Positions 61,031 through 64,000 of a stretch of DNA of 64,000 nucleotides are shown piece by piece (within the stretch, counting starts at the first letter, position 1; each line of letters opens with the position of its first letter). The stretch is from NCBI GenBank assembly GCA_937915755.1, contig CALGGR010000325.1:6591-70590 (forward strand), written 5' to 3'. Position numbers and translations under genes: made by a program. Source of the DNA: an uncultured Fretibacterium sp. (GTDB lineage: Bacteria > Synergistota > Synergistia > Synergistales > Aminobacteriaceae). Below the pieces are notes generated by a model. It was given only the letters and a program-made list of their open reading frames with translations. It was not told the DNA's origin and did no database searches.

Positions 61031-62713
61031 TTAGTGTGCTGCGGCGATATTCTTGTTGACTTTCGCCGTGAACAATTCCTTCCAGCAGTTCGACACGACG
61101 AGAATCGCAAGCGTCATCAGTGCCAATGCGATTATGAGCTGCAATCCGTCAACCATGAAGACGAACGATCCAGCTCCGAGCTTCAGGACAATGTTGTAGA
61201 CGCTGATTACCAGTGCGCTCATCGTTACGACAAACATGAACGTCATAGGCACGTAAAGCATCCAGCCCTTACGTCCCGTTACCCTCAGGAAGACAGCGAG
61301 AGCCGTGAGAACCAATGCCGAGAGAAGCTGGTTAGCCGCGCCGAATAATGGCCATATGCTCGCGTAACCGGCAAGGCAAAGCGCATACGCAAGAACGAGC
61401 GTTATCACTGTTGAGACGTAGTTGTTCGTAACGAATTTCACGAGGATTCCAGCCTCTTCTCCCTCAGAAGGAAGCAGCAATTCCTGCAATGACATTCTCC
61501 CGATTCGTGTTACCGCGTCAATCGTCGTCATAGCAAGCGCGCTGACGCACATCATTATCACGCAGGTTGAAATATTCGCAGGAAGCCCGAACATCGTGAA
61601 GAATCCGCCCACAGCGTTCCCGAAAATCTGGAATGGCGTACCAGTAGGAAGCCCGCCGTCCTTCGAGGCCGAGCAGGCAATAACAAGCGCAACAACTCCG
61701 AGCAATGTCTCAACCAGCATCGCGCCGTATCCAACCGTCAGCATGTCGCGTTCATTGGCGATTGACTTCGAGGACGTTCCGGAAGATACGAGGCTGTGGA
61801 ATCCTGATACAGCTCCGCAGGCAATCGTGATGAAGAGTATCGGGAACAACGGCTGATTCTTTACCGTCCAGCCCGCGAACATAGGCATCTGGATTTCAGG
61901 GTTTGCGACGATTATTCCGATAGCTCCGCCGAATATCATTCCCAGTAAAAGGAAGACGCTCAAATAGTCGCGGGGGTGCTTCAAGAGCCACATTGGAAGT
62001 ACTGACGCTATGAAGCAGTACGCGAACACAACGTATCTCCATGTCTGAGCATTGTAGTACATAGGGTTGGCGATTCCAGCCCACAGCATTGCAACAACGA
62101 GGACAACTCCGACGACGAATTTCGTAAGCTCGCCGGTCTTCATGAAGCGCATGAATACCCCAAACACCATGGCCGCGAAAATGTATATCATCGAGATTGA
62201 TGCAGCTGATGCGCCGGGTACGTTCTGGCCGCCGTCCTTAGTGAAGCCGTTGAAAGTTCCCGCGAGAATGTCAGCGAATGCCGCGATTACGAGGAGCGTG
62301 AACAGCCAGCAGAACATAAGGAACAGCTTTCGCCCTGTCTTCCCGATGTAACGCTCAATGATGAGGCCCATCGACTTTCCCTCGTTTTTGACGGAAGCGT
62401 AGAGTGCCGTGAAGTCCTGAACCGCCCCGAAGAATACTCCCCCTACGAGAAGCCATAAGAACGCCGGAAGCCACCCGAACATTGCCGCGATTATGGGGCC
62501 TGTTACAGGGCCTGCTCCTGTGATTGAGTTGAACTGATGCGAGAATACCGTGAAGCGCGAAGCAGGAACGTAATCCTGTCCGTCCTCGAAACGATACGCC
62601 GGAGTTTTTGCGGAAGGGTCAATTCCCCATGTCTTTACGAGCCATCGTCCGTAAAGCAAATATGCCAGCACTAGTACTACTACCGCTATGCCGACAAGTG
62701 TTAAACCGTTCAT
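61031..62713 (-). CDS. cstA: Carbon starvation protein CstA (peptide/pyruvate transporter family)
   Basis: The 560-aa multi-TM protein has FSHQFNSITGAGPVTGPI and GCGAVSGFHSLVSSGTSSK. Confidence 0.8.
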   Translation of the reverse strand: MNGLTLVGIAVVVLVLAYLLYGRWLVKTWGIDPSAKTPAYRFEDGQDYVPASRFTVFSHQFNSITGAGPVTGPIIAAMFGWLPAFLWLLVGGVFFGAVQDFTALYASVKNEGKSMGLIIERYIGKTGRKLFLMFCWLFTLLVIAAFADILAGTFNGFTKDGGQNVPGASAASISMIYIFAAMVFGVFMRFMKTGELTKFVVGVVLVVAMLWAGIANPMYYNAQTWRYVVFAYCFIASVLPMWLLKHPRDYLSVFLLLGMIFGGAIGIIVANPEIQMPMFAGWTVKNQPLFPILFITIACGAVSGFHSLVSSGTSSKSIANERDMLTVGYGAMLVETLLGVVALVIACSASKDGGLPTGTPFQIFGNAVGGFFTMFGLPANISTCVIMMCVSALAMTTIDAVTRIGRMSLQELLLPSEGEEAGILVKFVTNNYVSTVITLVLAYALCLAGYASIWPLFGAANQLLSALVLTALAVFLRVTGRKGWMLYVPMTFMFVVTMSALVISVYNIVLKLGAGSFVFMVDGLQLIIALALMTLAILVVSNCWKELFTAKVNKNIAAAH

Positions 62714-62789
62714 AAAAATTTACTCCTTCTTTCAATTTGGTAAAAATATTGGGAATATATCACTGCAAAAATTTTCTGTCAATCTTATC

Positions 62790-63170
62790 TCATGACGTAA
62801 TATCCTTAACGTGTTCAAGCGTCCAGTCCTCAAGGCTCCCCCTGGTGTCAATCGTTACTGCAATAAGGTCAATCCTCCAGAAGCCCTCCCAGCCTAAAGA
62901 GTCAACATACTCATTCGACGCATTCATCAATGCCCGCATCTTTCGACGGTCAAGCGACTCTATTGCCTCTTGAACTTTGTTGCGGGTACGGCATCTCACC
63001 TCAACGATCACGAGTTCTTCGGGCGATTCCTTTGTGTCGAATGCTACGATGTCGAGTTCCCCGTGATTGATCCTGACGTTTCGCGCAAGTACCTTCCAGC
63101 CTGTCGAGACGAGATATTTCGCGGCCATGTCCTCAGCGTAACGCCCTAATATGTGTGGATCAATCATCTC
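62790..63170 (-). CDS. yraN: YraN-family (UPF0102) endonuclease-like protein
   Basis: The motif run is AEDMAAKYLVSTGWKVLARNVRINHGELDIVAFD ... LVIVEVR. I chose the ATG at 63170 to minimise overlap with the upstream gene. Confidence 0.65.
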   Translation of the reverse strand, partial: EMIDPHILGRYAEDMAAKYLVSTGWKVLARNVRINHGELDIVAFDTKESPEELVIVEVRCRTRNKVQEAIESLDRRKMRALMNASNEYVDSLGWEGFWRIDLIAVTIDTRGSLEDWTLEHVKDITS

Positions 63171-63454
63171 ATTTTCGGTGGTGCTGATGATGCTTCCTTG
63201 TCCAGTTTGTATACCCATGCCAATACTCTCGCAACAACCTCGTACAGTTCCGACGGGATTTCCTCGCCAAGTTCGAGCGAGATTAACGCCGACACCAATG
63301 CCGCGTCCTCAACAATAGGAACGTCAGCCTCTATAGCTTTCTCGACAATTTTCCGCGCAATGAAGCCCTCGCCCTTCGCAACAACTTCGGGAGCCCTCAT
63401 CGTCTGGTTGTCATACTTCACCGCTACTGCCTTATCTGGTTTTCCGTCTGCCAT
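63164..63454 (-). CDS. FlhB C-terminal-domain-like (EscU/YscU family) small protein
   Basis: The 96-aa protein reads AVAVKYDNQTMRAPEVVAKGEGFIARKIVEKAIEADVPIVEDAALVSAL. This matches the stand-alone FlhB-C homologues. Confidence 0.65.
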   Translation of the reverse strand: MADGKPDKAVAVKYDNQTMRAPEVVAKGEGFIARKIVEKAIEADVPIVEDAALVSALISLELGEEIPSELYEVVARVLAWVYKLDKEASSAPPKMR

Positions 63455-63457
63455 TTT

Positions 63458-63985
63458 TCACACCGTTATATCAAGTCCGCGCCCCGCCGCAAGAACATCA
63501 CGCGCTGTTTCGGGAGCTTTCAGCGCAACACCGATGAACGTTACGGGGATTCCTACGCCCTGAAGCTCACGCCTAAGTTCACGACGACGCTTCTCGATCA
63601 GCTTGCATGTTGAGACTTTCTCAGCGTTGAGAGTAAGGTTACAGCTCTTTCCATCGCTCTCAACAAGTCCGCCTACCTCCCCAAGTGTCGAACCCGTAAT
63701 CCCAAATCCAACCTGCCAATATTTCTGCCCTTCTTCGGTTGACGAACGTCCGACATAAATCTTCGCGGTCATGTTCTGCTGTGAAGGGCTGTCCATCAAC
63801 GGCCAGAATGGTGCGGCAAGAAGCGCGGGGTTCACGTCATTACGCGGGGACTTCATGAGGAGCGATTGAGCCTGAAGGAATTTCCCGATGTCGTCGTCGC
63901 CTTCCTTCATCTTTCGGAGGACTTTCACGGGGTCTCCGTTCTCCTTTGAACGTTCCTTGAGTTCCTTACGAATCCTGTTCCACAT
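63458..63985 (-). CDS. Hypothetical protein with a FliK-like C-terminal (hook-length-control-like) region; possibly 5'-truncated by the window edge
   Basis: The frame stays open from the ATG at 63985 to base 64000. The C-terminal segment LGEVGGLVESDGKSCNLTLNAEKVSTCKLIEKRRRELRRELQGVGIPV resembles Flg_hook domains. It is upstream of the flhB-C-like gene, as in ylqG-ylqH arrangements. Confidence 0.35.
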   Translation of the reverse strand: MWNRIRKELKERSKENGDPVKVLRKMKEGDDDIGKFLQAQSLLMKSPRNDVNPALLAAPFWPLMDSPSQQNMTAKIYVGRSSTEEGQKYWQVGFGITGSTLGEVGGLVESDGKSCNLTLNAEKVSTCKLIEKRRRELRRELQGVGIPVTFIGVALKAPETARDVLAAGRGLDITV

Positions 63986-64000
63986 TTCAGTTGCCTCTGC

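Noticed and set aside
1-64000. CACGTG palindromes are scattered through the window (for example near 39686 and 48584). I considered whether they form a regulon-wide signal.
   Set aside because: A 6-bp palindrome is expected many times in 64 kb, and several copies are inside genes. I retained only the extended 12-mer shared by two promoter regions.
1-64000. I searched by eye for CRISPR arrays, transposases, integrases, toxin-antitoxin pairs, restriction-modification genes and other defence genes.
   Set aside because: None was found. No repeat-spacer periodicity or mobile-element proteins are present in the ORF set.

Overview
This is a 64 kb chromosomal window from an anaerobic, amino-acid-fermenting bacterium. 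The gene content resembles Synergistota or Clostridia, but that lineage call is low confidence. I saw no rRNA, CRISPR array, transposase, integrase or defence genes.

The centre of the window (about 13.6-35.4 kb) is a dense selenium and Stickland-reductase hub:
- It carries tRNA-Sec (selC), selA, selB, and a selD that itself contains an in-frame TGA (Sec).
- It carries a yedE/tusA-like putative selenium transporter pair.
- It carries a full glycine reductase set: trxA, grdA(Sec), grdC, grdD, grdX, grdE, grdB(Sec). A single glycine riboswitch aptamer sits directly in front of grdX.
- A second, divergently transcribed protein-B pair (one a selenoprotein) sits next to a BCCT transporter. I infer this pair is betaine-specific.
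- trxB here carries an extra degenerate thioredoxin-fold tail.

Four in-frame TGA codons split ORFs in the supplied track, and I re-joined them.

The left arm (0.7-7.6 kb) is an 11-gene minus-strand array. It contains the four-gene radical-SAM/selenodomain-associated cassette (currently annotated as arsenosugar biosynthesis) in its Cys form. It also has an HdrB-like CCG protein, two TVP38/DedA-like membrane proteins and a transglutaminase-like protein, and it is flanked by rhodanese genes. A pstSCAB operon and a two-component system follow.

Two blocks look like the best candidates for undescribed biology:
- 35.4-39.4 kb is a translationally coupled five-gene module. It has two tandem paralogues of an unrecognisable ~335-aa protein, a C-domain-less LplA-like ligase, an orphan GcvH, and a radical SAM protein with a CX4CX2C motif.
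- 42.9-49.0 kb is an eight-gene operon. It mixes three double-cubane/2-hydroxyacyl-CoA-dehydratase-type subunits and their ATP-dependent activase with YedF, DUF3343, a TehA-type channel and a C_GCAxxG_C_C protein.

The right arm (49-64 kb) is ordinary housekeeping: speE, flavodiiron protein, mutS2, cvpA, tsaB, tsaE, nnrD, PPIase, tRNA-Gln, cstA, yraN.

All calls come from reading the translated ORFs and the DNA by eye. No searches were run.
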